A DNA stretch of 62,014 nt, counting the filler, from Sanchytrium tribonematis (Eukaryota): NCBI GenBank assembly GCA_018985235.1. It is 7 parts of 7 records of this genome, joined end to end, with 100 filler letters (N's around TTAATTAATTAA, not from the genome) between each part and the next. Parts side by side here need not be neighbours in the genome. Positions count along the whole stretch, not along the records: positions 22,676 to 50,777 come from JADGIG010000058.1; 6 more parts are not named here. One strand, written 5' to 3'. The notes under the pieces were generated by a model, which made no database searches, had not been told where the DNA came from, and saw only the letters and a program-made list of their open reading frames with translations. Both the position numbers and the translations under genes were made by a program. Positions 30,994 through 42,705 of the stretch are shown in pieces. Numbering within the stretch: the stretch's first letter is position 1; each line of letters begins with the position of its first letter.

Positions 30994-31945
30994 TTATTTC
31001 AGATTGTCGAATGAAGTCCCTCTGGAATTCAAACGGTCCATTTGAATTTCATCTTGCTGCAACTGGTATTGTGCTTTGCTTGTGTTTTGATCATTTATAA
31101 CATAAACCCCAATAAAGGATATTATAAACCCAATAAAAACTCCTATAACGTCTTTGTCATTCGCATTTTCCATTCCTTGAAATAAAATGACGTTAGCAAC
31201 AATGGTAAGTGTTGTAAATCCGCAATAATATATTGGGGTGACCACGTTGGATGCAAATTCGTCTAACGCCTTATTAAAATAACTCATTTGGGTGCTGATA
31301 CACATAATCATTGTTAATAAAAAAGCCCAAGTGCTGGGATAAACTAGTTGATTAGAACCCATTAAAGTCAGTCGAATAGCAATTCCAAAGGCCTTGCAAG
31401 CTATGACTGTTATTGACCCAATAGAAGAGCAAATCCCAAGATAAATAAACAGCCTATTTTTTCCAATATGTTCTACCTTGTAGATTAAATAGTAGGTCAA
31501 AAATAAGACAGAACCAAGATAAGTTAGAAAACCAGGTTTCACGGCCTTGTCTAACATCTCATCAACAGAATCTATTTTTGCCTCTTCTGGAGAATTCAAG
31601 ATGACCAATACAGCACCCAGGAGACAAAGAACAACGCCGGTCCAGCCTATTCTTGTCATATTTTCTTTCAATATTAAGTAAGCCAATATATTGCCAAAAA
31701 CAACTGAAAGCGCACCCAATGGCGTTACCGTTATAGCGCTCGCAAAAGAGTACGCCACGAAATTTAAAACTTCACCCGCTCCCATGGTGGCCATGCCCAG
31801 CCCTATGTGAAATATATTTACAGTAGGTTTTGGATTGCAGGTAATTTGGGCTACCGAGCCCTCTTTTGGTAATAATAAAGGATGAGCCTATCAGTATGCT
31901 AGAGCTGATTGCAAGTGTTAAACCAATTATTTTCGACTCTGACAT
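30994..31945 (-). CDS. NIPA-family Mg2+ transporter, intron 31803-31821
   Basis: Exon 1 IIGLTLAISSSILIGSSFIITKRGL; spliced YWLGMATMGAGEVLNFVAYSFA...VTPLGALSV. Confidence 0.93.
31803..31821 (-). other. 19-nt spliceosomal intron (GTAAATATATTTCACATAG)
   Basis: Phase-1 intron splitting a conserved Trp codon (T|GG). Confidence 0.94.
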
Positions 31946-32109
31946 TTTAATTACAATTTCACCTTCAAAAAATTTGTTTCAAATTATAAAAACCTGAGAC
32001 AAGTACATAAGTCTACTTTTTCTATTTAGTATGATGCTATTGAGTTTACATTTTTATAAGATAAAAGCATTTTTTTATTTGCTGATACTATACATCAAAC
32101 ACCCCTAAA

Positions 32110-33255
32110 ATGGAAGATGAAGATTTACTCATCAGAAAGTCAGAATCCCAAACTATCGTTGTTTTCATTGGCAATATACCCAACGGTCTTGCAGATGATC
32201 ATATGATTAAACTGCTGCATGCTGCTGGAAATTTGAGGCAGTGGAAACGAGTGAAAGACAATTTGGGGGCAATGAGAAATTTCGGCTTCGTTCATTTTGT
32301 TGATCCAATATCGGTATTGAGGTGTGATCGGATACTCAATAATTATTCAATTATTTCACCTTTAGGAATAGAGGGTAAATTGGCTGTTCGTATTGACGAG
32401 AAAATTAAAAAGCAACTAGATCGATGGATTCAGGATAACCCAAAAGACGGAAATGCGCAATATGATGCACCTTACATTGCGAAGGTCTCTGCTGTTGCAG
32501 ACGAATTACTGGATGAAAAGCCAATGTCTTATCAGCTAATGAATGTTGAAAAACAAAAAACTGAGGAATCTGTTCGTCAAATTCACGAGCAACGTCGAAA
32601 AGCGGCTATGAAAAGCAAACATCAAATAAAAGAACAAGAAAAAGAAAATTTGGATCTTAAATTTCAACAAAGGCTGAAGAAATGGCAAGATAGAGAGTCG
32701 GAAAAGCAATCATATTTCAAAAAATATATTCAACCAGCTTCTCCAGAAAGAAATGATAGGTTAAAATTAGAGGCTGAATTACAAAATTGGGAAGAAGGTT
32801 GCAATCATCCATATTACAATAACAGGATGAAATACTTGAAAGATCGCCGCCCTATCCGGTTACATGAAGAACGGCGAGATAATTGGAATTTTAGAGAGAT
32901 GGACGAAGAATCAGCCAAAATCGCAACTCGGAAACGAAAAGCAGATACGCCCGTTCAGCTAAAAAAATCACGGGAAGACCACTTGATGATTCCGAGTGAA
33001 ATAGGAGAGATTCCAACTATCAATTGGGACTCAATAGATAGTCGAATATTGAATTCTCTGAGACCCATGATTTTGATCCAACTTCGTAAAGAAAATGTAA
33101 AGGACGAATTTGCCATAGTTGATAATTTAATTAAAAAGTTAGAAAGTCACTCTTCGGCCATTGACTTCTTCTCAGAATTAAATGAGGTCCCCTTAGCCAC
33201 CAGAGTAAAGTGTACGCAAGATGTCTTCAGAATTTTGAATGTCAAATCAAAATAA
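32110..33255 (+). CDS. RBM25/Snu71-like splicing factor (RRM, charged region, degenerate PWI)
   Basis: VFIGNI and WKRV...FGFVHF RRM; C-terminal IP...INWDSID...LRPMI resembles a PWI domain. Confidence 0.72.
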   Translation: MEDEDLLIRKSESQTIVVFIGNIPNGLADDHMIKLLHAAGNLRQWKRVKDNLGAMRNFGFVHFVDPISVLRCDRILNNYSIISPLGIEGKLAVRIDEKIKKQLDRWIQDNPKDGNAQYDAPYIAKVSAVADELLDEKPMSYQLMNVEKQKTEESVRQIHEQRRKAAMKSKHQIKEQEKENLDLKFQQRLKKWQDRESEKQSYFKKYIQPASPERNDRLKLEAELQNWEEGCNHPYYNNRMKYLKDRRPIRLHEERRDNWNFREMDEESAKIATRKRKADTPVQLKKSREDHLMIPSEIGEIPTINWDSIDSRILNSLRPMILIQLRKENVKDEFAIVDNLIKKLESHSSAIDFFSELNEVPLATRVKCTQDVFRILNVKSK

Positions 33256-33257
33256 AT

Positions 33258-33863
33258 TTACTCGTCATCCAGAGGCATTTCATCATCCAGTATCTTTTTA
33301 AGAGAAATCTTTATTTCGGTTGTCTGATGGCCGAGTAAAGTATCTGCAATAAAGTCTGCAGAAACTTGAACCTGAACCATCTCTAGAGCTCCTTCAATAA
33401 CTCCACAAATTGCATTTGAGTAAAATAGCTGTTCATCGTCGTTCGAAGTATACCACACGTCCTCATATGCATGTATCTTAGAGCTTCTCAAATACTCATT
33501 CGCAGATTTTGGCAACACGGCGTATTCTGCAAGCGGATTTTCAGTTAGTGTGATTATTGCTTCAGTTTCACTCGTCATTTTGTACTTGGGACTTAGATTT
33601 AGAAACATTTTGAAAGCGACTTCACAAATAACTGCCATACACTCTTCAAAGGTGGAGCACTTAGGTATATTCGCACGGGCGAAGAAATCCTCTACTAAAC
33701 GATTTCCTATTTGCCGACCTATATTTTTTAATTCAATATTAACTTTTTTAAATGATTGATGATCTTGAAGTAATTGGACAACAAAGGCACCGTATGTTAG
33801 CACAAACAAGTCTGAATTTATCTTCTCCATTTTTCTTGACCCGTCCTCAGCAACCTTGAACAT
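33258..33863 (-). CDS. BET3: TRAPP complex subunit Bet3/TRAPPC3
   Basis: EKINSDLFVLTYGA, IGNRLVEDFFA, AFKMFL, ENPLAEY and YSNAICGVIEGALEMV motifs. Confidence 0.93.
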   Translation of the reverse strand: MFKVAEDGSRKMEKINSDLFVLTYGAFVVQLLQDHQSFKKVNIELKNIGRQIGNRLVEDFFARANIPKCSTFEECMAVICEVAFKMFLNLSPKYKMTSETEAIITLTENPLAEYAVLPKSANEYLRSSKIHAYEDVWYTSNDDEQLFYSNAICGVIEGALEMVQVQVSADFIADTLLGHQTTEIKISLKKILDDEMPLDDE

Positions 33864-33905
33864 CAGCGAAACTAGGAGAATTGCATTTATTTCTACAACT
33901 TTATT

Positions 33906-34286
33906 CTAAAACCATTTCAAAAGGTTAATGAATCCAACAAAATAAAGAACTAAAAGCAAAGGTGTTAATATATGCAGTTCATTAAACAATGCAATTGTAA
34001 TTAATACATATCCCAAAACTCCTGCTATAGAAGCGGATTCGATTTCATGCTTAGCGTACCTCTCATAATTTTCAGGAGTAATTTGGGATACTTTTTTGAC
34101 TCTAGGTATTATGTAGATGACCCTCACCCCTTGATATATACATACAGCACAACAAGCAAACGCAGCTTGGGTGGTATAGAAATAAAATGATCTTTGCAAC
34201 ACATGGTAGAGATCAAAAAAGTACATGGTGAATATAGAAAGACCCACCCAAAACAAGGAAACCACAGCAGAATTTATGTCTATCAT
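33906..34286 (-). CDS. TMEM128-like four-TM protein
   Basis: SLFWVGLSIFTMYFFD and IALFNELHILTPLLLVLYFVG resemble the TMEM128 first and last helices. Confidence 0.55.
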   Translation of the reverse strand: MIDINSAVVSLFWVGLSIFTMYFFDLYHVLQRSFYFYTTQAAFACCAVCIYQGVRVIYIIPRVKKVSQITPENYERYAKHEIESASIAGVLGYVLITIALFNELHILTPLLLVLYFVGFINLLKWF

Positions 34287-34305
34287 GTGTGTCAAGGGGA
34301 ATTCT

Positions 34306-34869
34306 TTATTGGGCTAGAATTACATTCTTTACGGTGTTCACTTTATCAACAACACTAAGATCAATTAAATAGTCACCAAATTCTACAATAAACCCTCCTT
34401 TAATGTCTGGGTTGACCGCATTAGAAATTTGAATTGTGCCTTTGACAATTTTAACAAGTCTAGATTTGATTTGATCTAATTCTTTTGGAGTCAATGAAGC
34501 TGGGGAAGTAACGATAACGTCAACAATCCCATCTTTTTGCTTAACGAGAGACATAAATTCGTCTAAAATCTTACTCAACATAACGTCTCGCTTGTTTTCA
34601 ACAATGACATCTAAAAATGAGCCCGTAACTTTATTGTACTTAAATTTAGAAGCTATATCTTTAACCCACTTCTGTTTCACGGCAATTGACATTGTTGGAT
34701 TTTCAAAAAAAGATCGAGCCTTTTCATCAGCATTTAATTTTGAATGTAGATCAGCAATATCTTTCTTGATTGCAGGTAACTGGTTCTGGGATGTGCCTGC
34801 CTGATATAAAGCAGTAGCGTACTTTCCACTCAATGAGAATTGATTGTAATTTCTGGCTAGTCTCAGCAT
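34306..34869 (-). CDS. ATP5: Mitochondrial ATP synthase subunit OSCP
   Basis: Presequence MLRLARNY; GKYATALY and VNPDIKGGFIVEFGDYLIDLSV motifs. Confidence 0.93.
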   Translation of the reverse strand: MLRLARNYNQFSLSGKYATALYQAGTSQNQLPAIKKDIADLHSKLNADEKARSFFENPTMSIAVKQKWVKDIASKFKYNKVTGSFLDVIVENKRDVMLSKILDEFMSLVKQKDGIVDVIVTSPASLTPKELDQIKSRLVKIVKGTIQISNAVNPDIKGGFIVEFGDYLIDLSVVDKVNTVKNVILAQ

Positions 34870-35054
34870 TTGTTACGAGGGGCGAAAACTTTTAACGAAA
34901 CCAATATTTTATGCCATTTAAAAGACGCTTTCTTCACATTAAAGATAAAGTATTGTCATCAGATTCCAATTTTCACGATTTTTTTGGTTTTGGCATGATC
35001 CAAAATACGTCTTGAACATTTTCGACGATCAATGCCAAGATATTTTAAAACGAA

Positions 35055-36903
35055 ATGTTCTCTACGATCTACATTTGGATTGCATTAGTTAGTGCTCAAA
35101 TCAGCTCTCTGGGGTCTTTATACTCACTTGGAGGTGAAATACAGTTCTCCATCATTAATTTGCAAGATGTTGCCAAAACTACAATTTTACTATCAAATAA
35201 TGAAGGGCCTCATCCATTCACTGCGTTGATTCAAAAATTGGATTCCAAACTGACTGATATTTCTGTCACTTTGCCTTCTAAATTTGCTGTTGGCAAAGGA
35301 TTTTACTTCACTGTTATTTACGAAGGAACTTCCACAACAACTTATAAAAGCAGCTTATTTGAAATTAAAGGAGATGGATTCGCAATCGGAAGTGCAAGTG
35401 TTACGTTTAATTATCCTGTCCGTGATGTGGTTGTGGAGACCGACTTAGTTTACGATGTCAGCTATGACCAAAATTTTTTGACCAATCCTATCAAATTGAC
35501 AGCGACTCTTGTAAGGGCTGATGGAATTGATATTGGCATTGTCGATCTTAACAATGACTTGGATCCCAAGCATCTGAGCTTCGAGTGGCATGTAGGAACT
35601 GATTTGTCAACTTCTAAATATTACTACATTTACTTAGAGGCAGATTTTGGAACTTCCAAAGCGGGCTCATTTTCGCCGCAATTTACAGTTAATAATCCTA
35701 ATGATGTTGCAAGTGCAGATGGAGTCAATGTTAAATTTCTAGCTCCAAAATCGCAGTCACTCTTAGTGGTTGGATCGCAATTTGATGTCTCTTGGGAGTA
35801 TCTCGTTCAGCCAGCCAAGACCATCAACTTAAAGTTACTTAAATCCGATAGCACTGAAATCAAAATTGCTGCAGATATTGGTACACTGGACAATGTTTTA
35901 GACACCGATATATCTGGGAAAATCTCCATTACTGTTCCAACTGTAGCACCTGGCAATTTTTATCAAATACTTTTAACGGGTAGCATTGATGGACAATTTG
36001 TATTTTCAGAATTATCTCAAGTTTTTTCAATCACTGACCCGAATGATGTTAATGGCCTTCAATTTTCTTTGCCCCAGGCTGATGATGTATACTCTGTTTC
36101 ACAAGCTTACGATGTAGCGTTTACCTTTTTAGGTACCAAAAAACCAAAACATATCTCATTTGATCTTTGCAAAGGATCATTCGATACATTCCCGATTGAC
36201 CAAACAATTTCTGACGACGCGTCTTCACTTTCCAAGTTTGTAAGTGGTGAAACTCCCGCTTTGACATTTCGCGTTCCCATTTTCACAGTTCAGTCGATTA
36301 TAACTCTAAATTATGACACGCCTCCAGCCCAGGGATTCGACAGCTTCACCTTTGAAGTGCCGTTCTTTATTACTACTGGAAAAGATTACTTTATCCGTGC
36401 AAAAATTACATACTCTGATAATTCCGAAAAAGAGTCCAACTCTGCCACATTCACTGTACAAGGAACAGCCGGTACTTTTATTTTATGTAGATTCAAGTGT
36501 TGTTCAAGTCACACTTCCAAATCCAGGCCAAACATTGGTGAAAGGCTCCGTCTATAACATCGGCTGGACTCTACATTCTATTACACCAGTCTTGAGCTTC
36601 AAACTTGAGCTATTCAAAGCTACAGATATTGTGAATGGCGAACAAGTGGTTACTGAAATCAAATTAGTTAAAAACATTGCAAAAGATTTAAACCCTAACA
36701 AAATCACGTTCATGTGGAAAGTAGACGATTTGGAAACAAGTTCTGGATACTATATTCGTATTACTGGTGATCTTGGAAATGGTAAGACGATTTGTGGCGT
36801 CAGTGGAGAATTTTACATTGCAAATGCCGACTTTCTTCCAATCAAATTCAAGATTAAAAGAGAGAATAAGTTGGTTCAAAAATTAATCCAAGAGTTCAAA
36901 TGA
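35055..36903 (+). CDS. Secreted protein with about 5 tandem beta-sandwich (Kre9/Knh1-N-like) repeats, intron 36472-36490
   Basis: Signal peptide; repeats of about 110 aa of the form P...Y/F.V.W/F...Y/F.I...S..F.I/V; splicing joins the last repeat in frame. Confidence 0.7.
36472..36490 (+). other. 19-nt spliceosomal intron (GTACTTTTATTTTATGTAG)
   Basis: Joins overlapping ORFs 35055-36557 and 36313-36903 (TA-D-SSVVQVTLP). Confidence 0.88.
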
Positions 36904-36921
36904 TATTAAATATTTATGTTT

Positions 36922-39036
36922 TTAGTTGCTTTTTTTACTATAATGAAATTTTTTTATCGCTTCTTGGATTTGAGGTAAATCATTAGCATATTTTTTAAAC
37001 GCATCGTCAGAGATAGGCAGTGTCATGGAATCAAAAGCAGGTATTATATTGTATCCGCTATCTTTGCATGCCTTCATGATGGAATCAGCTTGAAATAAGG
37101 GTAGCTTTTGTGAAAAATGGCTTAATATCATTTTCTTAGGTTTTGCTACCTCATATATTTGAAGGGCATCATTCAACGTAGAATGCTGTTTTTTCGCCGC
37201 ATTTTCAGCATCTATATTTTCAAATGTGCACTCATGAAGTAGTAAATCTACATTGGATGAAAATTCGCCAAGATTTTGAGAATAAGTTGTATCCCCGCTG
37301 TAAACAAAAGAAAACTTTTTCGTCGTAATTTTGCATGCATTTGCTTGTCCTGGATGGTTAACTGGAATCGTTTCAAGAATAACATTCGAACTTCTCATAA
37401 ATTTGGCTTTTTGGTCATCTTGTACACGATTGAACATGAAACTTTTGAGATGTGAATCTCGTTGATATTTTTTCGGAGTATACCAACTAGACATATGTAA
37501 AAAGATTCGATCAGAACTTATATATTCGGACGAATCATTTAAAGCCTTTAAATAATTATAAAGTTTTGGGGTTACAATGACATCAATGGTTTCAATAGTG
37601 GTATTGAGAGACCATCTAGTGAGAATGGTTTGTATCCCACTATGGTGATCTGCATGATTGTGCGTTACGTATATCGCGGACAAAGACTTCCAGTATTGGG
37701 TTTCTCTCATCGAATTTTCTTCGGGTGATTTGTTGGGATCCAATAAGTCAAATAGTATTGATCTGAGAGTATCTTCACCAGGATCTAGCAGGAACCTTTG
37801 GTTCTCGATGTTTAAAGAATATCCAGATACATTTCGATATAGGTTGGGAATCGCGGATCCAGTACCATATATAGAAATTGATACGTTCTCATTATTTTTT
37901 TCCGCATAAATTGGAACAGATGTCTGGTTAGAAGCAGAAGCAGAAGATACTTCTTTGATTGAAGGATAAACCTCGTATTCTTTAAATCCCCCAAACCCCA
38001 AGCCGTGAGAATTATGAAAAAACTCGCATGATGATTTCATCGCAGAAATTTGTTCTTGATACAGAGGAAGACCTGACATAATGGTAGTATCACTCTGAAA
38101 ATGGGTTGCGTTCTTAAATAAATTACAAAATTTTGAATAAGCTATCGTTTTGAATAATTCACTTGAAGTAACGTGCATAACAATCAGCTCTTGATCCGAA
38201 TTATTTTTTTGATATAATTCCACATAGGGATTATCTATCAAGTCGTGTAAATATTCGATGTTTGGACAAAATAGAAGTAAAATTATTCTACCCTTTCGAG
38301 GCTCGGATGATATCATACTTAAAGTCACTTTTTTACCATTAAAAATAACACCCTCTTCTCCACTTTTTATGATCTTTCCGATATCCTTGGGTGGAATTTG
38401 AAATTTTTCAACTTTCTTCATCTCTACTTTCCCTCGGTATTTAGGCAAATGAATCGAATAACACAAAGTCATACTATCACCAGCATTAGTTTTCACAATT
38501 TTAGTTCTTTTAACGGGCTTTTTCCTTCTTATGAAGATAGGAAATACTCTAACTACATTGTCTTGGAAAAAAGCGGATTCCCTTTTAATTTCCAACCCAG
38601 TACCAGTTATATCTCGATCTTTGTTTCTTCCTTTGTATGTAAAGTCTACTGGCTTCATTTCCCTGGTTATTTCCTTTTCAAGATCGGATCGCAAAAAGTC
38701 ATATATTGTGCAATTTGGAATTTTCTCAGTAAAATTTGTCATTCCCAATATGTAATCAGACATATCGCTTGAAAATATATTAGTATGGGCATTAAATATA
38801 GAGGAAGTCATTAATAAACCAAATATCCCAGAGCTATTTTGTTTGTCAGAAAGAAAAATATGACTTACGTTTTTAATTGGAATTTGCAATTGTTGAAGAT
38901 CACGTTGAATGCCCTCCTTTGGATTAAATAAATAGCAGCTATCTGGAGTTATCAATAGGGCTGCTTGGCCGATCATATGTAATTTAATAGACATATTATT
39001 TTTAGGAATGTGTCTTAGAAGTATCCCCAGTTTCAT
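36922..39036 (-). CDS. TRZ1: Long-form tRNase Z (Trz1/ELAC2)
   Basis: YLFNPKEGIQR, GTGSAIP, LLDPGEDT, THNHADHH, YSGDT, LLHECTF and LSHFSQ motifs. Alternative ATG at 38994. Confidence 0.92.
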   Translation of the reverse strand: MKLGILLRHIPKNNMSIKLHMIGQAALLITPDSCYLFNPKEGIQRDLQQLQIPIKNVSHIFLSDKQNSSGIFGLLMTSSIFNAHTNIFSSDMSDYILGMTNFTEKIPNCTIYDFLRSDLEKEITREMKPVDFTYKGRNKDRDITGTGLEIKRESAFFQDNVVRVFPIFIRRKKPVKRTKIVKTNAGDSMTLCYSIHLPKYRGKVEMKKVEKFQIPPKDIGKIIKSGEEGVIFNGKKVTLSMISSEPRKGRIILLLFCPNIEYLHDLIDNPYVELYQKNNSDQELIVMHVTSSELFKTIAYSKFCNLFKNATHFQSDTTIMSGLPLYQEQISAMKSSCEFFHNSHGLGFGGFKEYEVYPSIKEVSSASASNQTSVPIYAEKNNENVSISIYGTGSAIPNLYRNVSGYSLNIENQRFLLDPGEDTLRSILFDLLDPNKSPEENSMRETQYWKSLSAIYVTHNHADHHSGIQTILTRWSLNTTIETIDVIVTPKLYNYLKALNDSSEYISSDRIFLHMSSWYTPKKYQRDSHLKSFMFNRVQDDQKAKFMRSSNVILETIPVNHPGQANACKITTKKFSFVYSGDTTYSQNLGEFSSNVDLLLHECTFENIDAENAAKKQHSTLNDALQIYEVAKPKKMILSHFSQKLPLFQADSIMKACKDSGYNIIPAFDSMTLPISDDAFKKYANDLPQIQEAIKKFHYSKKSN

Positions 39037-39166
39037 TTGAGTCCTTTGTAATTCATAAGCATTTCCAGATGTGAGAAACACATCGAAGAAAATTGGTGTC
39101 TTAAAAGTGATTCCAAGCCAGGTTTCCAATATAGTTGAAACAAAACATTTAAAATTATTTCAAAAC

Positions 39167-40153
39167 ATGGATATTTATCAGATTTTGTTAGATAATACCT
39201 CAACGTTATTGAAATCACAAAATAAAAGAGCTTATGTGGTAAAAATGGGTGAAATATGTAAAGATCTAGAAAATGAATTGAAATGTCCGACAAATCCATT
39301 TTTAAAAGATACACTTAAATCAGAATTGGCAGGACAATTATCAGATTATTCTGAAGATATGAAAAAAATACTTCTTTATTACAAACCATATTTATCTGTC
39401 CACAAAATAATATCAAATATTTACGAAAAAGTCATCAAAAATGTTGACCACAAAGACGAAATGCAAGTAATTATAGAATCACTAATGAAAGTGGAATCGG
39501 AATCAATTACTAGAAGCAAAATTGCAGAGCTTGAAAAATCGAGTGAGACCTTAGATCATCTTTTGAACACTCAACTCACTGATCTTCTCTCTCGAAAAAC
39601 ACAAATAAATCCGTACCAATTAAGATACATAGTGAGTCAATACAAGCAAAGAAAATTAGATACTGATAACATAGCTTCAATTATTGATGAGCAAATAGAA
39701 GATTATGAAGAAATTATAAATAGACTTAAAAAAGAAAAAGAAGTGCTTATTATTGACAGACACAAAAACCACATTGATAGACTCATAAAAATGTACCAAA
39801 AATCGAGTGTACAACGATTGGAAACTATTTCTCTAGACCAAGAAATTCTTGGAGAACCTGTATCTGCAAATTTAATTGATCCTCATGCACAACCTACCCC
39901 AAAACTAATTCAACGATTTTCATTTAGCATTCCTGATATTTCTGATCAGGAGTCTATATTCACTGACGTCATGGATGAGCTGCAGATTGTGCACGCCGCT
40001 AATAGTGTTCCCATTCAGCTGCCAGAGAGAAAACACAGCATTAATCAATTGGAACAATATTTGAAATTCCGAAAGAGCGATATGTCTCAAATACCGGAAC
40101 AGGACTTGCACCTGGAATTGGTCGAAAAAAGCAAAAGTCGAACGTCTTTGTAA
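39167..40153 (+). CDS. Hypothetical coiled-coil protein
   Basis: Long helical ORF with no recognised motif; ATG chosen to avoid overlap with TRZ1. Confidence 0.6.
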   Translation: MDIYQILLDNTSTLLKSQNKRAYVVKMGEICKDLENELKCPTNPFLKDTLKSELAGQLSDYSEDMKKILLYYKPYLSVHKIISNIYEKVIKNVDHKDEMQVIIESLMKVESESITRSKIAELEKSSETLDHLLNTQLTDLLSRKTQINPYQLRYIVSQYKQRKLDTDNIASIIDEQIEDYEEIINRLKKEKEVLIIDRHKNHIDRLIKMYQKSSVQRLETISLDQEILGEPVSANLIDPHAQPTPKLIQRFSFSIPDISDQESIFTDVMDELQIVHAANSVPIQLPERKHSINQLEQYLKFRKSDMSQIPEQDLHLELVEKSKSRTSL

Positions 40154-40219
40154 TTATTAAAATATTTTTTCAACATTAATAAACCTTGAATTTGTTCTAA
40201 ACTTGGGGGAACAAAATCC

Positions 40220-41104
40220 ATGGAAATAATTTCATTTGACAATTGTTGCACTGTTATCAAGAAATTATTAACAAAGGCAAATACATTGTATCAATACATA
40301 GACCTCGCGAATGAGCAGAGCAATCAGTTTTTACACAAGGGAGATATTCTACAATTTACATACATTCAATATTCTTTATCGAAAATTAAGGAAGAAGTGG
40401 AGGAGCAATTAGGGCTTGATTTTACACCCTTAGATGATTACTTAGACAGCAATTTACAAACAATTCCTGACCAAAATATGGATTCGATTCGAAAATTAGT
40501 TTTAAAAGGCATTAATGAGAGCATTGAGGAATACAGATCCAGCAGGGAATTAATTACAAATAACTTGATGGAAATATTGGGGTCTGATTCCACTTGCATT
40601 TTATTGATTGGAAAAGTTGATGATTATTTAAAGCTTGTTTCTGACAAGTCACAGTTAGAGAAACACTCTTTTGTATGCGTGGATTTGGATATGGCTCAAA
40701 GTTTAGGAAAGTTTGGTTTAAACGTGACAGTTGTGAGGGAATCACATATCTTTGCTTTAATGTCAAAGTTCGATAAAATTATAATTTCTGTCTACGCACT
40801 TTTAGCTGACACATCTGTCTTAACGATGACAGGGTCTTTAAATGTTTGTCATCTCGCCAAATATTTCAAAAAACCTGTTGTAGTTACACTTCAAAATCAT
40901 CTGATTTCGTCGAAGCATGCGGAACAGCTACAAGCAGTTGATAAGTTGAAGCTTCCTTTTGAGAAGCAAAATATTGGCTTAAAATCACCTTATGAATTTG
41001 TTTCTCTTGAAAATGTAGATATCTTTGTCACTTCTCAGGGTAATTACCCAAGTTCCTACGCATACCAGCTCGTAAGAGAATTTGGAAAAGGATTTAAGAT
41101 CTGA
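40220..41104 (+). CDS. eIF2B regulatory subunit (beta/Gcd7-like)
   Basis: ESHIFALMSKFDKIII, LAKYFKKPVVV and YEFVSLENVDIFVT...PSSYAYQLVRE motifs. Confidence 0.78.
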   Translation: MEIISFDNCCTVIKKLLTKANTLYQYIDLANEQSNQFLHKGDILQFTYIQYSLSKIKEEVEEQLGLDFTPLDDYLDSNLQTIPDQNMDSIRKLVLKGINESIEEYRSSRELITNNLMEILGSDSTCILLIGKVDDYLKLVSDKSQLEKHSFVCVDLDMAQSLGKFGLNVTVVRESHIFALMSKFDKIIISVYALLADTSVLTMTGSLNVCHLAKYFKKPVVVTLQNHLISSKHAEQLQAVDKLKLPFEKQNIGLKSPYEFVSLENVDIFVTSQGNYPSSYAYQLVREFGKGFKI

Positions 41105-41115
41105 TCAAAATAAAT

Positions 41116-42579
41116 TTACTTTTGACTGCATTTCAGAACATATGAGAGTACGATTGGATGTCTATAATGCAATTTAGGGATCATTTCTTTAATTTCGTAC
41201 CAATGCCTGCAGTCCTGTTGAATCAATCGAAATGGTATTGCATTCATTACGCGAATATATCCTCGAACATTATCAAGTAATTGAAAAGCATTTAGAAGGA
41301 CGTGTAAAATTTTAATAGATTTTACATTAGACACTGGATATGAAAACATCTTCGTGAAATAATAGTCAGAAATAGCGCTGATCAATGCGAGGTTGACTCT
41401 AAGCCCAAACGTTTTTAAATAAGAAGCATTGGTCAATATTGAGTTAAAGTATGTCAAATCTATTATTGATTTGTAAAAGTCAGTAGAATGGCAGACTCTA
41501 AGTGGCTTCAAACTAACAAATGCATTTGGATCAATATCCAGCAAATAAGGACTGAACTCATCAGAATAACGCTTCAATGTCTCAATATCGGCAGTAGCGT
41601 TAAAATCGCTGTTGGCCATTTTATAACATTTAGTCATTTTCATAGGAGTAAGACTAAAATAATGAACTTTCTTGCAATTAAAATTAAAAAGATGAAGATG
41701 TTGAGAATCAAGTGTGTCGATCATTTCTTGAATACTTATCAAACGCAGCAAATTTCGAACATGTCTTGAACTTTCAGGCTCGCTTTGTCCACTTGATAGC
41801 CGGTAAACGTGTCCAGCATGATAAACGTGTTTTTTAATTGTATCCCCAACTTCTTCCTCAAACGGAAAAATCGAGATTTCAGGAGGACGAAGAATATTTA
41901 GTCTCCATAGCAACTCCAATTTGGACCTTCTACCGTATCTCATTCTCTCATTAAAAAGAAGTGATGAGTTTTTGGTGAAAACAATTTGAGGCTCTTCTTT
42001 CCATATATTATTAGAATTTTGTCCACTTCTTTGCATTGTTAGAAGATAATAGTCGGCCTCGTGCTTCCTAATGGTGTCTTTTATCTCTACCAAGGTTCTA
42101 ACAGGCAGAAAGATATTCCCATCTAAAGGCAATACAACATCTGCAATTTGTTTACCAACCATTAAGGCGCAATTTCTGCCACCATTATTATTCATGACAT
42201 AAATATTTTTAAATCGATAAACGTGGTCCATAATCCTTAATTTATATAAAAGAGATTCATTCATTGCGTGATACATCATGTCTGGAATATGAAATTGATA
42301 GTCATGATGTATTTTAGAGTATTTTGCTGGCTCAAATTTAATCTCAATAAAAGTTTGATTTTTTGCAATAATCCATGATTTGATAGTATTTAGAACAGTT
42401 GTGTTGATTATCCTATTTAAAATAAAATATTTGTCTTGAGAGCCAGCCTCATGATCAAGAATTTTTTTCACATTCTGTAATGTTTGTAACTTTGAGTGTC
42501 TTGGTGGTAAATCATTTCCAATTATCCTAAATAAGGCAGTGGTAAGTGCTTGCGCCAGCGAAAACAAAAGTAAATACAT
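41116..42579 (-). CDS. Secreted conserved hypothetical protein (RIIGNDLPPRH family, possibly glycosyltransferase-like)
   Basis: Signal peptide; FRIIGNDLPPRH, YVMNNNGGRN, VLPLDGNIF, EEPQIVF and YGRRSKLELLWRL blocks look conserved. Function not established. Confidence 0.6.
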   Translation of the reverse strand: MYLLLFSLAQALTTALFRIIGNDLPPRHSKLQTLQNVKKILDHEAGSQDKYFILNRIINTTVLNTIKSWIIAKNQTFIEIKFEPAKYSKIHHDYQFHIPDMMYHAMNESLLYKLRIMDHVYRFKNIYVMNNNGGRNCALMVGKQIADVVLPLDGNIFLPVRTLVEIKDTIRKHEADYYLLTMQRSGQNSNNIWKEEPQIVFTKNSSLLFNERMRYGRRSKLELLWRLNILRPPEISIFPFEEEVGDTIKKHVYHAGHVYRLSSGQSEPESSRHVRNLLRLISIQEMIDTLDSQHLHLFNFNCKKVHYFSLTPMKMTKCYKMANSDFNATADIETLKRYSDEFSPYLLDIDPNAFVSLKPLRVCHSTDFYKSIIDLTYFNSILTNASYLKTFGLRVNLALISAISDYYFTKMFSYPVSNVKSIKILHVLLNAFQLLDNVRGYIRVMNAIPFRLIQQDCRHWYEIKEMIPKLHYRHPIVLSYVLKCSQK

Positions 42580-42705
42580 GGAATAATTTGTTGGTGTTTT
42601 GGATATTCACGACGAGAAAGGTCACATTTCGGATACGTCAAGACATGAAACTCATACCAATAGGAGAAATTTGTTTAGGATTTAAAGTTCGGTATAAATA
42701 ATTTA